A DNA stretch of 64,000 bases, from NCBI RefSeq assembly GCF_037042905.1, contig NC_087245.1, forward strand, positions 31,188,001 through 31,252,000, given 5' to 3'. Positions 51,301 to 64,000 of this stretch are shown here, piece by piece. The position numbers and the translations under genes are program-made. The notes beneath the pieces were generated by a model that was not told the origin of the DNA, did no database searches, and worked only from the letters and a program-made list of their open reading frames with translations. The DNA comes from Lytechinus pictus. Lineage: Eukaryota. How positions within the stretch are numbered: the first letter of the stretch is position 1; each line of letters starts with the position of its first letter.

Positions 51301-54052
51301 TTGCCCCAAATGAAGGCATGACTGCAATGAATAAATCCGGATGTCAGTGATGTCATAATCCTACAAGGGTGCCATTAAAATCCATTTCAAAACAAATTTT
51401 CAGTAATTTACATTGTAATTGTTTGATAAATACATTTTAGTAGCAATTCTAAAGTTAATATCATTGAAAATGGATTAGCAATTATGTTTTACTAACTCAT
51501 ATAGAATTATGACATCATTGGCATCTGGGGTTCATTCATTGCAGTCATGCCTTACTTTGGCGCAAGTCAAAATTCACATCACTGCAAAGAATACCTCCTG
51601 ATTATCCAAGCGTGAAGTTATTTGGGCGAAGATACTCTTTCCAGCCATATATAATGATTATGCATTCATGACATATTTATAATTAAATTGGGAATTTGTG
51701 AGGTGTGATTTTTTTTTTACTCACATGGTAGTTTAATTCTTTATGTAAATCAATCTTTTTGAAATGGTGATTAGGATCCCAATGGATTGATTGGCTGAAT
51801 TCTGTCACATGACCAGTTATTTATTCAACCTAATAGATTAATTTGCTAATGACTGGTACTAATGGCTAAGTCTATCGACCAAGCATGATTTTGAGATGTG
51901 AATGGATTATCAAATAACATGGATCCATATCACTATCTTATCAAACATATAACAAACATCATTTTGCTCAACAATCCAATGTAGGTAAATGTAGGTACTT
52001 TGTATGTGTTATTCTTGCTGGTCCTCCTGATGATATGTAATATTTTTATATTTATCTATTCTGTGTTCTTATTTTTTCATTTACAGAGGCTCTCAGACAT
52101 GGCTTGATCAGCAAGGTGGTACCTGAAGAAGCAGTGGAAGAAGAAGTAAGAATGGTTCTTTGATAAACCAAAAATGGGAAAGTCCTCCTTAAGTTATTTC
52201 ACACCTTGCACATACATGTAGATCAGATATAAACGGTTTAGTTTATGATACTTTTCTGTTAAACAGAAAATGCAAACTTGAGAAAGAATCACTGTTAAAC
52301 TTGGATAAGTCTATATTGGAAAGCTTGTAATAATTTCCTATATGAAAAGAAAGTAATATGTATTTGTAATTATGATATACACTCCTAAGATACTACTATG
52401 TGTTTGATGACAATTTCACTTTTTTAAAGAAGAGTTCTTGGGTCTTACTATTCCTAAAAGGTGCTGTTACTGATTGGATTAGTCTCTGGACTTTGGAACC
52501 ACAAAGTCCGGGTTAAAATCCCACCACAGCACTTGAGTCCTTTGGCAAGGTATTTATCTACATTTGCCACTCTCCACCCAGGTTTCATAAATGGGTTCTG
52601 ATTAGGGTGTCCATGCTGTAGCTTGGCTAGAAAAATGCAGTGATCAAAAACATAGTAAGCATGATATAAATGTTGCATACTATTGTTATTATAACAGACT
52701 ATGAGGATAGCACAAAAGATATGTGAGTACAGCGGTTCTGTCATCTCTCTTGGAAAAGCCTGCTTCAACACACAAATGAAGATGGACAGAAACTCAGCTT
52801 ATGAGTAAGATACAGTTTGACATTCATTATCACAGTTTAATCAAAAAGAGATTCACATATTTTTTTCACTCCTCAAATTTGTTACAAATATCAATTATCT
52901 ACTCTTTTCTTTAGAAAGAAAATAATAAATATGGGTAAACCATATCGAAGTCGAAATGAACAATGGTTTAAAAATTTCTTATTGAAAATATTGGCACTTT
53001 GCATTTTTACATAGTAAAGTAAAAAAAAATTAATTGCCTTGCCAATACAGTGTAGTGATTGATAAGCTACTACTTTTTATTTGGGGCACTGTCAGTTTTA
53101 TCAATTTATTTCAAAACCCTTTTTTTTTCCTGTCAAATCCTGTATATATATCTTATTCTGTTTGGGATATCTAGTATTGTCCCTTGAAGGAGACGTGGTA
53201 CCTCTATGGGTAACCATTGTACATGCAAATGGTTATAGCAGTCTTATTGACTGCATAGTTGTGGCATTATGCTTAGTGAAACTGGTATATAAAAGACTGC
53301 AATAGGAAACAATCCTACTGATGTAGTGTAGTTCAGTTGCAGAAATCCACTTGCAAGTTGGGGCCCCTGGTTCCCTATGAATGATCAATGGAAAGTTAGA
53401 GGCTGCTTTTATTAGTTACTAAAATCCTTCATATTCAATGACCACCCCCCCCCCCCCATAAAAAAAAAAAAAAAAAAAAAAATTAGGTACAATAATAATA
53501 ATAATATTATTAATAATAATAATGATCATAATAATAATAATAATGATAATAATAATAATAATTGTAGATTTCTAGCAGTTGATATTTTAATTGAGTAATT
53601 CTTTTTGTATGTGTGACCCCCTTTTTCTTCACTCTTACTTGACTTTATGTACTGCTCAAGTAACATTTTAGAGCACTAGAAAATAGAGACAAGTCAATTC
53701 TGGAAGGTCCCACATTTAACAGGGGGTATGGCATTGCCCTTTCGATAACAAGTTTTGTGCAACTAGGACAAGATGTTGGATATTAGCCTGGATTTTCAGC
53801 AAGTCAGATGTAGGCTTATAATTATTACACATTTGAAATGATTGCGTGAAATATATCAGTAATCCACCTCAGTTCAGTGCTTCCGATAGTTTAATTGAAG
53901 TTTTCACATTCTCTTTTTTTTTTACCTGCAGCCATGCGAGTGATGTAATGGTGAACAATTTATCCTTGGTGGAAGGGCAGGAAGGAATTGATTCATTCGT
54001 CAATAAAAGGTCACCAGTCTGGAGGCATGGGTTTGACAAGGCGCATGATTGA
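45395..54052 (+). CDS. ECHDC3: Enoyl-CoA hydratase domain-containing protein 3, mitochondrial (crotonase superfamily), 316 aa
   Basis: Exons 45395-45478, 46490-46632, 47386-47521, 48536-48641, 49775-49859, 50986-51095, 52087-52145, 52698-52804, 53932-54052 (TGA); 951 nt, phases consistent. Motifs [87 protein letters not shown] and [14 protein letters not shown] match recalled ECHDC3. N-terminus MAAPMAV resembles a mitochondrial presequence. Confidence 0.95.
46233..46418 (+). mobile_element. SINE-like element with a 7SL (SRP Alu-domain)-like head, B-box, hairpin body and (AC)n tail
   Basis: GACTGGGTGTTGTGGCGTGCGCCTGTAATCCAAGCTA resembles the 5' end of 7SL RNA. It is followed by GGTTCGAGCCC (B-box), hairpin GTCACGTC-TTTCG-GATGGTGAC, stem CAGACGT...ACGTCTG and an ACACACACACAC tail. 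Confidence 0.65.
46768..46895 (+). repeat. (GAT)n/(GGT)n microsatellite
   Basis: Directly visible trinucleotide run. Confidence 0.9.
47025..47335 (+). repeat. Diverged direct duplication of about 140 bp in ECHDC3 intron 2
   Basis: AAAGCAAATTTT...ATCCCTCCATGATGAT(G/A)CACTATATTGTGTATCTTTGT occurs twice. Confidence 0.7.
47581..47960. mobile_element. Foldback MITE (about 380 bp)
   Basis: GCCCGAATTCACAAAGGTGATTTTGAAAACCAT ... ATGGTTTTCAAAACCACCTTTGTGAATTAGGGC; the symmetry extends toward the centre. Confidence 0.75.
50038..50308. mobile_element. MITE family A
   Basis: GGGCCCGTCTCACAAAGAG ... CTCTTTGTAAGATGGGGCC. Confidence 0.8.
50458..50808 (+). mobile_element. tRNA-derived SINE nested inside a MITE
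   Basis: GGAAGCGCCGTGGTGTAGC head, CTCTCCACCCAGGTGTTAAATGGGTACCCGG core, AAAGCGCTATATAAAT...(ATT)n tail. Host MITE halves lie at about 50345-50455 and 50809-50855. Confidence 0.75.
51112..51730. mobile_element. Foldback element (about 620 bp) starting 16 nt after the ECHDC3 exon-6 donor
   Basis: TACCATGTTAGTGAAAAAAA ... TTTTTTTTACTCACATGGTA; inner IR GGCATGACTGCAATGAAT / ATTCATTGCAGTCATGCC. Confidence 0.7.
52470..52692 (+). mobile_element. Degenerate tRNA-derived SINE
   Basis: TGGATTAGTCTCTGGAC...GGGTTAAAATCCC, then GCCACTCTCCACCCAGGT core and a TATTGTTATTAT tail that abuts the ECHDC3 exon-8 acceptor. Confidence 0.6.
53446..53563 (+). repeat. Poly-C, poly-A and (AAT)n low-complexity tract
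   Basis: Directly visible. Confidence 0.9.
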
Positions 54053-55901
54053 GACATTTCTCCCCTTCTACTTTCTAACTGTCTTTCTCTCTCCTGTTTC
54101 TCTTTCTTTTTTCCATCTGCCTCTTTTCTTCTCTCTCTCTATCTTTTTCTTGCATTTCTTTCTCTCTTGTTCTCTTTCTGTGAAAGATGTTAATACAAGA
54201 TAACAGTACCAAGTCTTCCATGAGCATGAATTGTAATATTGCATTTGCATCTCCAACTCGTAACTTACCCATTTTAACAAAAAGCATTGTTTGTATGCAT
54301 AGATTTAATTAACCATTAAGAGACAATATGCAATTGAATAGTTATACTGTCTCAGTCAAATCTCTTGATACCACACTAATTTCTTCAATTTAGGCAAGAT
54401 TTTACTTTGCAGATGCAAATAACACATTTTGAATATTCCTGTATGAAAATTGCTTAAGCTTGGGCGTTTATTTGACTTATGAAAGGCTGAGCTGTGCAGA
54501 CCGTCACTGTATATTGTTAAAGAAAACTCATGCTTGATGTAAATTTTTCTTATTAATACACATATTGCTGATTTTAATTCATATCTTGTCAGGAATTATG
54601 AGAAGAAACTTTCCCCAAAGACTGGTAACTATGATCACCTCTTGTACAGTGATGAATTTATTCACTTTTACACTTCAGTTTTACTTTTCTCTACAGTGTT
54701 TTGATGAAGGTGGTAGGTTTCTATATTGGTTGAAAGTCAATGATATACTTTGTCAGTTTTCAACAGTCAAGAAAATGAAGATTTTAAGTTTCATTAATAG
54801 TTTGTACATGTATGTGAGGAGTAAAGTGTGCTACAAATTTCATCAACCTCCTTGTGTTCTGAACAGTAGAGAAAAATAAATGTCCAAATATTAAAATTTA
54901 TTACAATGAATTTGGTTAATTTGTATTACAATTAACACTACATAGTTTAAATTTGCATAATTTAAAATGCTTGATAAATCATGGGTATCCAAGGATCTGC
55001 CTCTAATTTATGTGTGGCACATTTATTTGAAGCAAAGTCTGACGTCCCAATGTATTCATTGGTGACTTATTTCTGAAGTTCGATGTACTTGTCATCCAGA
55101 CTTGCTAGGTCTCACACCCTAGGCGTGAGACTCCAGCATTTCCAAACTCTTGCTCATCCCCCCAAATCTCTTTCTCATGCCTCTATCACAGCCTATCCCC
55201 ATATACGTAAAACAAAATACCTGATGATCTCACATTGAGTCAGGGTTCCCTCCCTAAAATTTTTGTGTCACTGGTCTTTGAATTTGGCATCTCTGGTCAT
55301 CAGGTAGCTTGGATTTTGAGAATAACTTGCCTGTCGATTCATAGTCAAGTTACCAATGCCAAACAAATCAGTGCTCATGACCGAATGATTGTACTGTTGT
55401 GTATATTTTAATTTGAAAAGAAATCATGTAAAAATTGTATATTTTCAGAGAATAAATATAACTTATCAAATCTAACTGTATTCTTTATTTAGAGTTCTTG
55501 TGTGCTACATCATGGTGTAAAAATGCTTTAAATGAAACTACCGTGAGTCGAAATTCAACAACAGGAAATTCATGTCATTATGAAAATGAAAAAAAATCAC
55601 ATTTTTAATAAATCAATGTTGCTACATGTAACTCACATGTAATTTTTTAATGATTTATTGCTCATGAAGATTAAAAATATTTTGGTTATAAAGCGTGTAT
55701 GAAATCGTCATGTCGATGCAAGAAGGCCATTAACATCACACATTCGCGCATCACATGTGCACAAATACACCCTTAGCAGCACGCATAAGGGCATTGCGTA
55801 AATGTGTTTCTGCACCGATAAAATGCGCGAAAATGTTTTGCTAAAGGCGTTCTTGCTCTGACACAACAATAATGTGTCTGAAAACAGGAGCAGCGTGTCT
55901 G

Positions 55902-56153
55902 GAGCCCGTCTTACAAAGAGTCGATTGCAACTATGGAAAGCCAGCAAAGTCAACATAAAATGCATGTTTGTTCAACCTTTTTTCTAGATATGAGGTATAT
56001 TCATAAATTTATTGATTTCTGACAATTTGGTGTATTCTCCTTTGTTTTCAAAGGACATTTGCAAATTTCCTTTAGAAAAAATTATGACACTGATGGATTT
56101 CAATAGAGATACGATTGATTGGATCAATCGTAACTCTTTGTAAGACGGGGCCC
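55902..56153. mobile_element. MITE family A
   Basis: GAGCCCGTCTTACAAAGAG ... CTCTTTGTAAGACGGGGCCC, flanked by CTG and CAG. Confidence 0.8.
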
Positions 56154-59100
56154 CAGGTGTATGGGGGGGGGGCAATATGCCCAAAAAGGTGATGTTATAT
56201 TTTTTCAATATAATCATGGGGCTAGTATAGCGTTACATGGCCCAGACATCTAATTTTTATACTCTTACCTTGTTTCCTCTTATTTTTTCAAATATATTCT
56301 CCTTTTTTTCACATCTTCAAACTAAATAAAATCATAACCAGGGGGGATGCAGTTCCTCCTGCCCCCTGTGATATGTTGAAAGCACAAATAAAATAATTTA
56401 AATTTTCCATGAAAATGGCACTTAATTGGAATTATGACATGAGGAACTTTTCACATGCAACATAAAGAGAAAACTAATTTTTTCATGGATTTAAACCAAC
56501 CTTCATTTAATTTTCTGCTCTTTTTAGAACTAGCTGCCACAAGGAAAGACATTACTTTCATTTTCATGAGATGATCTGAAGTTGTTCATGTATACCATTT
56601 CACACACAGTGGTATACGAGCCGCACCATTCAAAGTTTGCAACTTCATATCGGGAGGGGGGTGGGTTCAGTGCTCCCTGCCCCCGGGTTATTTAAAGAAG
56701 TGGGGGAAGCAAAAAATGTCCCCCCCCCCCATCAAAATATTGGGTGTTACCCCGAGTCATATCATATATGGTAGAAGTGAAAGGTTTGCAATAACCAAAA
56801 AAAAAAAATCATGCATCTGAAATATTTGTGCTATTTTTTGTATAAAAAGTGAAGAGCTTGTCATGCCTTTTTTAATGCATCAGGTATTTCAGAGGCTTTT
56901 CTCCTGAAACCTGATATTTGGTGAATATTGATGTTGATTTAAATTTTCTTCACACCAAAGGCAAATCACATTTTCATTTTTTCCTGCAAATTGAGGTGAA
57001 TGGAACTAAACGAAATATACATTTTCAATTTTTACATTACATTAACAAAAAATACTTGAAATCAGAATTTTCTTTTATTTAAAAACAGCTTACTCCATGA
57101 AGATGCATGTAGATTTTATGTTTTGGGCAAATGTACAATGTCTGGAATATGTAAATCAACAAATTTATGAATAAAGTAAAAACAAATTAGACTAATACTG
57201 ACTGATTGGAAAATTTTATTTTGAAATATATGTTTAGAATATATATGTACATATACATATTTTACAAATTATAATGTAATACATTTGACAATTTCAAATT
57301 ACATCTAATAGCTTTTCTTCAGTAAATGAATACAGCAGAAACTGGAATGCTTTACACACTGGAAATAGTATAAATATATATATGACACTGCAAACACGGA
57401 AAATAAACAAATCAGGAATGAATTATACTCACACCAATGGATTTGGTTTGTACGTTAATTTCCACAGAATAAAGGAATGTAAATGGTCTTTGAAATCAAC
57501 AATCAAATATCTTTCTAAATACAACATCCACTATCACTGTTGAGTATTATGACCTCGTAATGTATCTCAAATTTTAATGAGAATTACTTGGTTTAATTGT
57601 TTGAATGCTAACATAATCAAGCAAGTTATATTCTCTCCTATGCAGTTGTATCACTCTATCATCCAAAATGAAGCAACTGACATGCTGAACAAAAGGATTT
57701 GTATCTCTTAAACTTCTTGCACTTGTATTTTTTATGCTCTCCATCATAACGCACCTGTAATAGATAATATTTAGTAATGTTGCCAAGCAGTGATATTTTA
57801 CTGTTATATGAATTTATTGTTTACAGGTAATTTATTATTTTATTGTCAGCATCAAAATAAAATCAGTTATCTACATGAACAAAAAATAAAGGTTCAATAA
57901 TGCACAACAAATTAAATCAAATATTTTTCAGATTTGTAAAAAGTAAAGAGACAGCCTCAGTATATTTGTTATACATGTAATGGCATTAGGATTAAAATGA
58001 CCCCAAACAAAAGAAAATTGCAAAAAGAATCACGCATAATAAAGATATTAATTTGTTTTTCAGAGCATGATGACATTACTCTAATACAATATATATAGAA
58101 GTGGAAAATGAGTGAATTGATCAACTATTTTGTTTAAAAAGATTATAAGAAAAATGGATGAGGTACTTGCTTATTATAAGAGGTTACAATACACACTGCG
58201 ATACATAAACTTTTTTTCACTCTCTCTATATTCAAGACGATTCCATAGAAAGAGCCCAAGAAGAAAGATACTATAGTATCATGGGCCCTCGGCCTAGTGT
58301 CAGAAGGAGAACATCATCCTTTTTTTCACTCTCTCTATATTCAAGAGTGAAAAAATTCAATAAGAATATACATGTACACACATATGGTTCTGAAACATTT
58401 TCTTTCCAGGAATACTGGTGTAGGCATTTCATAAAGATGTTAATGAAGTTATGCACAACTTTACGAACTACTGGAACATGTTCTTGAGTGGAAAGTCACT
58501 TACATAGGGATTATCATGAAGCAAAAGAAAGGGTCAACAGTCATTCATAAAGTCACTCGTAACTTACAAACGGCTTTATGAAACACCCACCAGAGGCCCA
58601 TTTCATCAAGGACTTGCTACTGTTGTAACTTTGCCATCATGGCAACAACTACCATGGCAACAGGGCTCAGCAGCCAATCAAAATCAAGACTTCCATGATG
58701 ATTGCCATAATGGCAAAGTTACAACAGTTGCAAGTCCTGTATGAAATGGGGCCCTGGTGTTAGTGTCCTAATATGAGATACACCAAATTTTGCCCTTTGC
58801 AACCATAGGGTTGAATTTTCTGTAAAACTAATGAAAACAGTAGACCTTATATTCATTCAGTGTATGCTTCTTAACAAGGATTTTAATCTACAAAGATTGG
58901 ATTTCAACAAAAGGGTTACCAGTCGTGTGTAAATGTCGGTAACTTACAAATTACAGCTACATGTATATGAAACACCCAAGCATAACGTAATAGCGTGATT
59001 AGGAATATTCTAAGAGTCACCACATATGGCTAAGTTTCGCTGACAAAGTTCTAATCCTATTTTAATCACACACTTTGATTCTAACTTTCTTTCATTTTAC

Positions 59101-60559
59101 AAACATTTACAGAATGCACAAACACAGATTCTAAACAACTTTGCATCTATGCACTGCAAATCACTAATACTACATACTCGTAGGTCACAAAAACAAATCT
59201 TAACTACTTGCAGCTGGAAATCACAAGTATGTGCACAATCAACTGTGAGCCATTCGATGTCTAGTATTGTACAAAAAATGACGATGTAGGCACAAGTAAA
59301 CAGACTTATGAACTTGATGCAGGTGTAATTACATGTGGTTCTTTGGATGCTTGTTCATGCATTCAAATTGCTATTCCTTAGTTGTCTTTCATGTTCTGGG
59401 GCCCGTTGCTATCAAACGCAACTCAAAAAATTGAACGCAACTTCATTTTCATTTTTCAACCAATGAAATGCCATATAAGGGGCTTGATCTTGATTTTTTT
59501 AGTTGCGTTTAAAGGCAGCACTTTTGGTAACCGTCTCCAGAAAAGAGTCATGCTGTAGGCACCTTGTCAAAACATCCCCCAGAAGAATTATTCCTCTTTT
59601 GCGTGAATTCCTGATAAATCCAAGCTGAAAACAACACAAGATCAAGTATGATCACATGCGCAGCGATGTAACTAAGATACCCAGCGTTTGGATGAGTTTG
59701 CCACTGCACAATGTATTATTAAGTGTGTATTAAATGTGTACATACATATTAGCACTAAAAAGCATAACACTTAAAGTAGCAAGTGTAATAGCGTGATTAG
59801 GAATGAAAATCGTAGTAATTACAACCTTTTCTTAACAATTAACAGCTTTGGGAATACTTTGAAAATTAAGGCACACAAGCTTCAGGTAGATATGTCCTGT
59901 TGATATACCTCACAATACAATCAGTTAAACATTTAAAACAGCATGAATTAATAACAGCATAAATTAATTACAGCATCATTAATTAAATTGACAATCACCA
60001 ATATTCACTCAATTAGGTGAGTTTATCTAAGCACTGATGAAAAACCTCTTTTTCTTCCTGAATTCACAGAAAATATTGTTTGAATAGCACCACTCATGGA
60101 TACTTTTATGTAGTGAAATCCTCCCATAAATTTTTTCTTTCTTTTTACAATATTACCTGTAAACTTGATCAAATTGTCATTTTCTATAGATAAACAACTT
60201 ATCTAGAACAATGTCTGTGGGTATAGATGGCATGAATATGTATCACATCTTGAAAGAATAATTCTTTTTTTTTAAACTTACCAAACTTGGTGTTTGAGAC
60301 CATTTCCTTTTATTAATTTGAATCTTTTCTTCAAGTGAAATTTGTTACAGAAATTTTCCGCACCAGAAAAAACTGCCTATGCGCTACTTTTGGTGTATGT
60401 TCACAAGATTTATTAAAAACTGAAAATATAATTTGAAAAGAAATAGACCTGGCTGACATCCAATGATGAGAGCGTCTTCGTGTTTTCAACTACCTTTACC
60501 AAACTATAACATTTAAGCATGTTGCATTGTGTGTTTGATCTGCAACTGGAAACTTCTGA

Positions 60560-60915
60560 CACTCATATCTTAATCCCTCAAAACTATCAGTCTAATCACA
60601 TTCTAAATAAACCTTCTGTACACGTAGTAATGGACATAGCAATCATGCATGTTAAAAACTGTTTCTTCATTCTTCTAGCTATTCTTATCAAGCACTGATG
60701 AGCATGATGTGCCTGGTATTGTCCTTTATATCGACTACAGATTTTCACACCCCTCTTACCATTTTCCCTTTCCAAAAACTCTTATGGTAGTCATGCTTCA
60801 TGAATATTCTGGAGTTATGGACCTGGCCATCATACTATGGGACAGTTTCTTCATGCTTTCGGCCATCTTCTTGAACTCCAACCATTTATGGCTCTGGACA
60901 GTGTTTCTAAAGCAG
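60560..60915 (-). pseudogene. Two decayed tandem copies of the end of the coiled-coil gene's last coding exon, within its presumed 3' UTR
   Basis: 60905-60798 translates as NTVQSHKWLEFKKMAESMKKLSHSMMARSITPEYS*, versus the functional SSIQTQKWSEFEKMAESMKKLSQSMTTRSITPEYS*. A more decayed third copy (GTAATGGACATAGCAATCATGC...TTTCTTCATTCTTCTAGC) lies at about 60600-60700. Confidence 0.7.
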
Positions 60916-61044
60916 AATGATTAAAGGTCAAACCCTAATGACCATAAAGTGCATTGGATTGTTCTTTACATCAGTGACTACAGAATTTTCTACTCCCTCC
61001 CCGTCCCCTTTCCAAAAACTCCTATGGCATCAGGTACCTATTTT

Positions 61045-62893
61045 TCATGAATATTCTGGGGTAATGGACCTGGTCGTCATGCTCTGGGAGAGCTTCTTCA
61101 TGCTTTCGGCCATCTTCTCGAACTCCGACCACTTCTGGGTCTGGATGGAGCTTTCTGCAACAGACTGCCTAGAGGTCTCGTCCAGCCTGATCTCCAGGGT
61201 GTGGATATGACTGTGAAGTCTCATCACCTCATGCTCCTTCTCTGCAAGCTGATCCAGAGAAAATCATTCATTTAATAATAATAATAATAACGGTATATTT
61301 ACCCAGGGTTGCCACTTCAGTAGTTCAGTTCCAAAAACTGTTCTCCCAGCGGGCCCTGCTATTATTGTTACCCGGCTAAGCTGGGCTACCTATTCAGGTG
61401 CACACAGCTTTTTGAGGAATTACTTCCTGCCAGTACCCATTTACCTCACCTGGGTCGAGTGCAGCACACTGTGGATGAATTCCTTGCTGAAGGAAATTTC
61501 GCCATGGCTGGGATTTGAACCCACGACCCTCTGTTTCAAAGTCCGAAGACTAATCCACTGGGCCACGACACTCCACATTTCTTTTCATTTTAGGATTGCT
61601 TGGAAAATGTGACCAGTCACCCCAGAACTAACAATAAGTCGCCCAAAATGAATTTTCTTTAGTTTGAATAAGCACATATCCTTACCTTTAAAATGATATA
61701 TAATTTGTCAAAATTGATAAACAATAACCCACTCAAACACTTGAATGAATGCAGAAGAAGCAGAGTGAAAGCTTCAGAAAATACAAAGAAAACAACCTTT
61801 GAAGTTCGTGTTTACTCAAGCATGAGATGTTTGCACTCACTCAAGCATGAGATGTGCACAATGTGCAAATGTCAACAAAACTTCCAAGCAGTCCACAAAA
61901 CTTGAGTCAAAGAAACTCTTGTATCTTGTTTTCTAATCAACTTTACAACTTGAAATATTTACAGTATAAGAGATACTCCTTCAGATAAGTTAATTTTTTA
62001 ATTTTGGCTTTTTGAAGACCAATTTACTATTTTGGCAGTTACAGAGAACCTTCCCTGGCGAATTATTGGTGGTTTTGGGGTGGCTGTTCACAAATGTGCT
62101 TGAACAGGATATGAATAAGGTTAGGATCAAAAGTTGGTTTACAACTTATTTGTGGTTGATTTGGGTAAACTTATGTCACAGGAGACACACCAACACATAT
62201 TTGTATTAGATCAATAAACAATTTAATATAATATAAACAAGCAAATGCTCCTGTGCAACACAAGTCAACCAAAAAGTCAGTAAAATGCATGATAAAACAC
62301 AGAAAAAATATACAAATCTACCATGACGTACAAGGATTTGACTAACGTACTCACATCAAAGGAACATCAAAGAGAGGGAGAACGGTACCACTGATGTTCT
62401 TAAGTGTGAATAGTTCTAGCTTGTTCCGAAAATGAGTCATTGTAAATTTGTTTTATATCCATCTGCATCATTCCTCATAACATCACATAAAGAAATAATA
62501 AAGAAAGAGAAAATTACAGCTTCAATTATTTTTATCGTATTTTTTGGGAGCACCAGTTAAGTGCAGGATGTACATAGTGGTTCAAGCTGCCAGGTGCAGT
62601 TCACATCCAATGACAATGCCTTTTTTAAATTGGACTCAACAGGGCTTATATCTTGAATAAAAAGCCATGAAAAATTACTCCTTACTTGAATTTATATAAG
62701 AGTAAATATCAAAAATAATTTTTACCTGTTTTTGAAGGTCAGAGACATGATCAACAAGCAGCATCTTATCCCGCCTGAGCTGAGCGTTCTCCTGTTCTAC
62801 CCCGCCCTGTCTGCCTTCAAGCTCGGCAAGTCGACTCTTAGTTGTGTTATGGGTCAGGATGTTGTGGGTTTGTCTCTCGTCCTGCTTCGACAG
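61045..62893 (-). CDS. Last two exons of an unidentified coiled-coil protein (gene continues beyond the window end)
   Basis: Exons 62893-62726 (LSKQDERQTHNILTHNTTKSRLAELEGRQGGVEQENAQLRRDKMLLVDHVSDLQKQ) and 61248-61045 (LAEKEHEVMRLHSHIHTLEIRLDETSRQSVAESSIQTQKWSEFEKMAESMKKLSQSMTTRSITPEYS*). Phase-0 GT-AG junction, heptad-like L/E/K/Q composition, GC-rich third positions. Confidence 0.8.
61273..61576 (-). mobile_element. Full-length tRNA-derived SINE, family S1
   Basis: Minus strand: GTGGCCCAGTGGATTAG (A-box), GGTTCAAATCCC (B-box), CACTCGACCCAGGTGAGGTAAATGGGTAC core, (TTA)n tail. Confidence 0.8.
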
Positions 62894-64000
62894 CTGATTG
62901 GAAAAATGTCAAAATGAATGATTTCACATGATTCAACTTCGGCTGCCCTTTTTATTTCAAGCAAATATACATTACTGAGTCAATGTCAGCATGTTTACAA
63001 TGATTTAACCTAGGATAACTTCTGCATGAAATAAATCATAAGAAATACTGTGATAAGTTAAGTTGGGTTAAATACAAGCTTTGACAAGCATTTTAATTTC
63101 ATACTTTCAAAGACTGTAGATTTCACCTTCCTGAATTGATAGATACAGGATATTGACCCTCTTCTGTTTTCTGAATCTGTAATATGTATAGGATATTTTA
63201 CTATCCCCTCCCTTGCCTGCTGCCACCTATCACACCCATAGATATGTTTTGTTTCATTCTTGTTTTGCCTTATACCCCCCCCCCCCATTGTTTACATTTT
63301 ATTTTACCAATTTTTTTGTTACTACTTCATATCATAAGTTTTTCATGGGGTAATTAGAGGGACAGACCTCGATAGGTCAATGGCCTCCTGCCTGCCCCCT
63401 CACATCCGCCTCATAACAGTTTTGCCTTGCTTTGTTGTTCAGGGTTCCTACAGAAATTTGAAAATTGCTAAATTGCTGCTTTTGTTATGTAGAAATTGGG
63501 ATGTCACAAAACTGGGAAAAATGGAAATAATGAACACCAATTATAATAGCAGAGTATGAGAGTTGTGAGACACGACAAACTGGAAAGCTCCCATAGCCAA
63601 GAGGTAAAAAATTCCATGACTTTTCACAAATTTTCCAAATTCCCTTACTTTTCCCTGACCAAAAATTTTTCCAGGATTTTCCATGACTGGGAGAACACTG
63701 ATTGTTTTTGCTTGTTCTCTGCATATCCTCTTGTATATAAGTTATAATATTTCGATATGTTGTTTGTAATTTTTAAGAGATGTGAAATAAATTGAATTGA
63801 ATTGATATTTATGACCGAGAAAATGCACAAGATAATTTACTATCATTCTGTCGTACTGATGATATCATCTCTATTTTGAATATTACAATATCAATCAAAT
63901 TTTATATTGCAATTAAGCCCTTCTTTACCAGGCAAATGACTCTGCATCGGGCAAAAAAGTCTGGAACAATGTGATAAAAATTCAAGCTTGTAAGATCAAT

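Noticed and set aside
61500..61576. tRNA-like sequences here and at about 5420-5490, 35983-36045 and 50460-50530
   Set aside because: A and B boxes run into SINE bodies and tails without a convincing cloverleaf; these are SINE heads, not tRNA genes.
63020..63480. Possible further exon of the coiled-coil gene or a LINE 3' end
   Set aside because: No phase-compatible exon with credible splice sites was found, and the LINE-tail resemblance is too vague to call.

Overview
AT-rich, intron-containing animal genomic DNA; the SINE/MITE repertoire suggests an echinoderm such as a sea urchin (inference). No prokaryotic features. Four spliced genes were reconstructed by hand with phase-consistent GT-AG junctions: (1) the last five exons of an SLC35F3/F4-like transporter (+, 359-4445); (2) a complete uncharacterised single-pass type I membrane protein of about 399 aa (-, 44778-16988); (3) complete ECHDC3 (+, 45395-54052, 9 exons, 316 aa), head-to-head with gene 2; (4) the last two exons of a coiled-coil protein (-, 62893-61045). 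Introns and intergenic DNA hold many MITEs and foldback elements, tRNA-derived SINEs, a Helentron-type tandem-repeat element and an L2/CR1 LINE fragment. Best leads: a SINE-like element with a 7SL/Alu-domain-like head in ECHDC3 intron 1, and a set of candidate stop-containing cassette exons plus a 9-nt microexon that could switch the cytoplasmic tail of the orphan membrane protein. All family names come from recalled motifs, not database searches.
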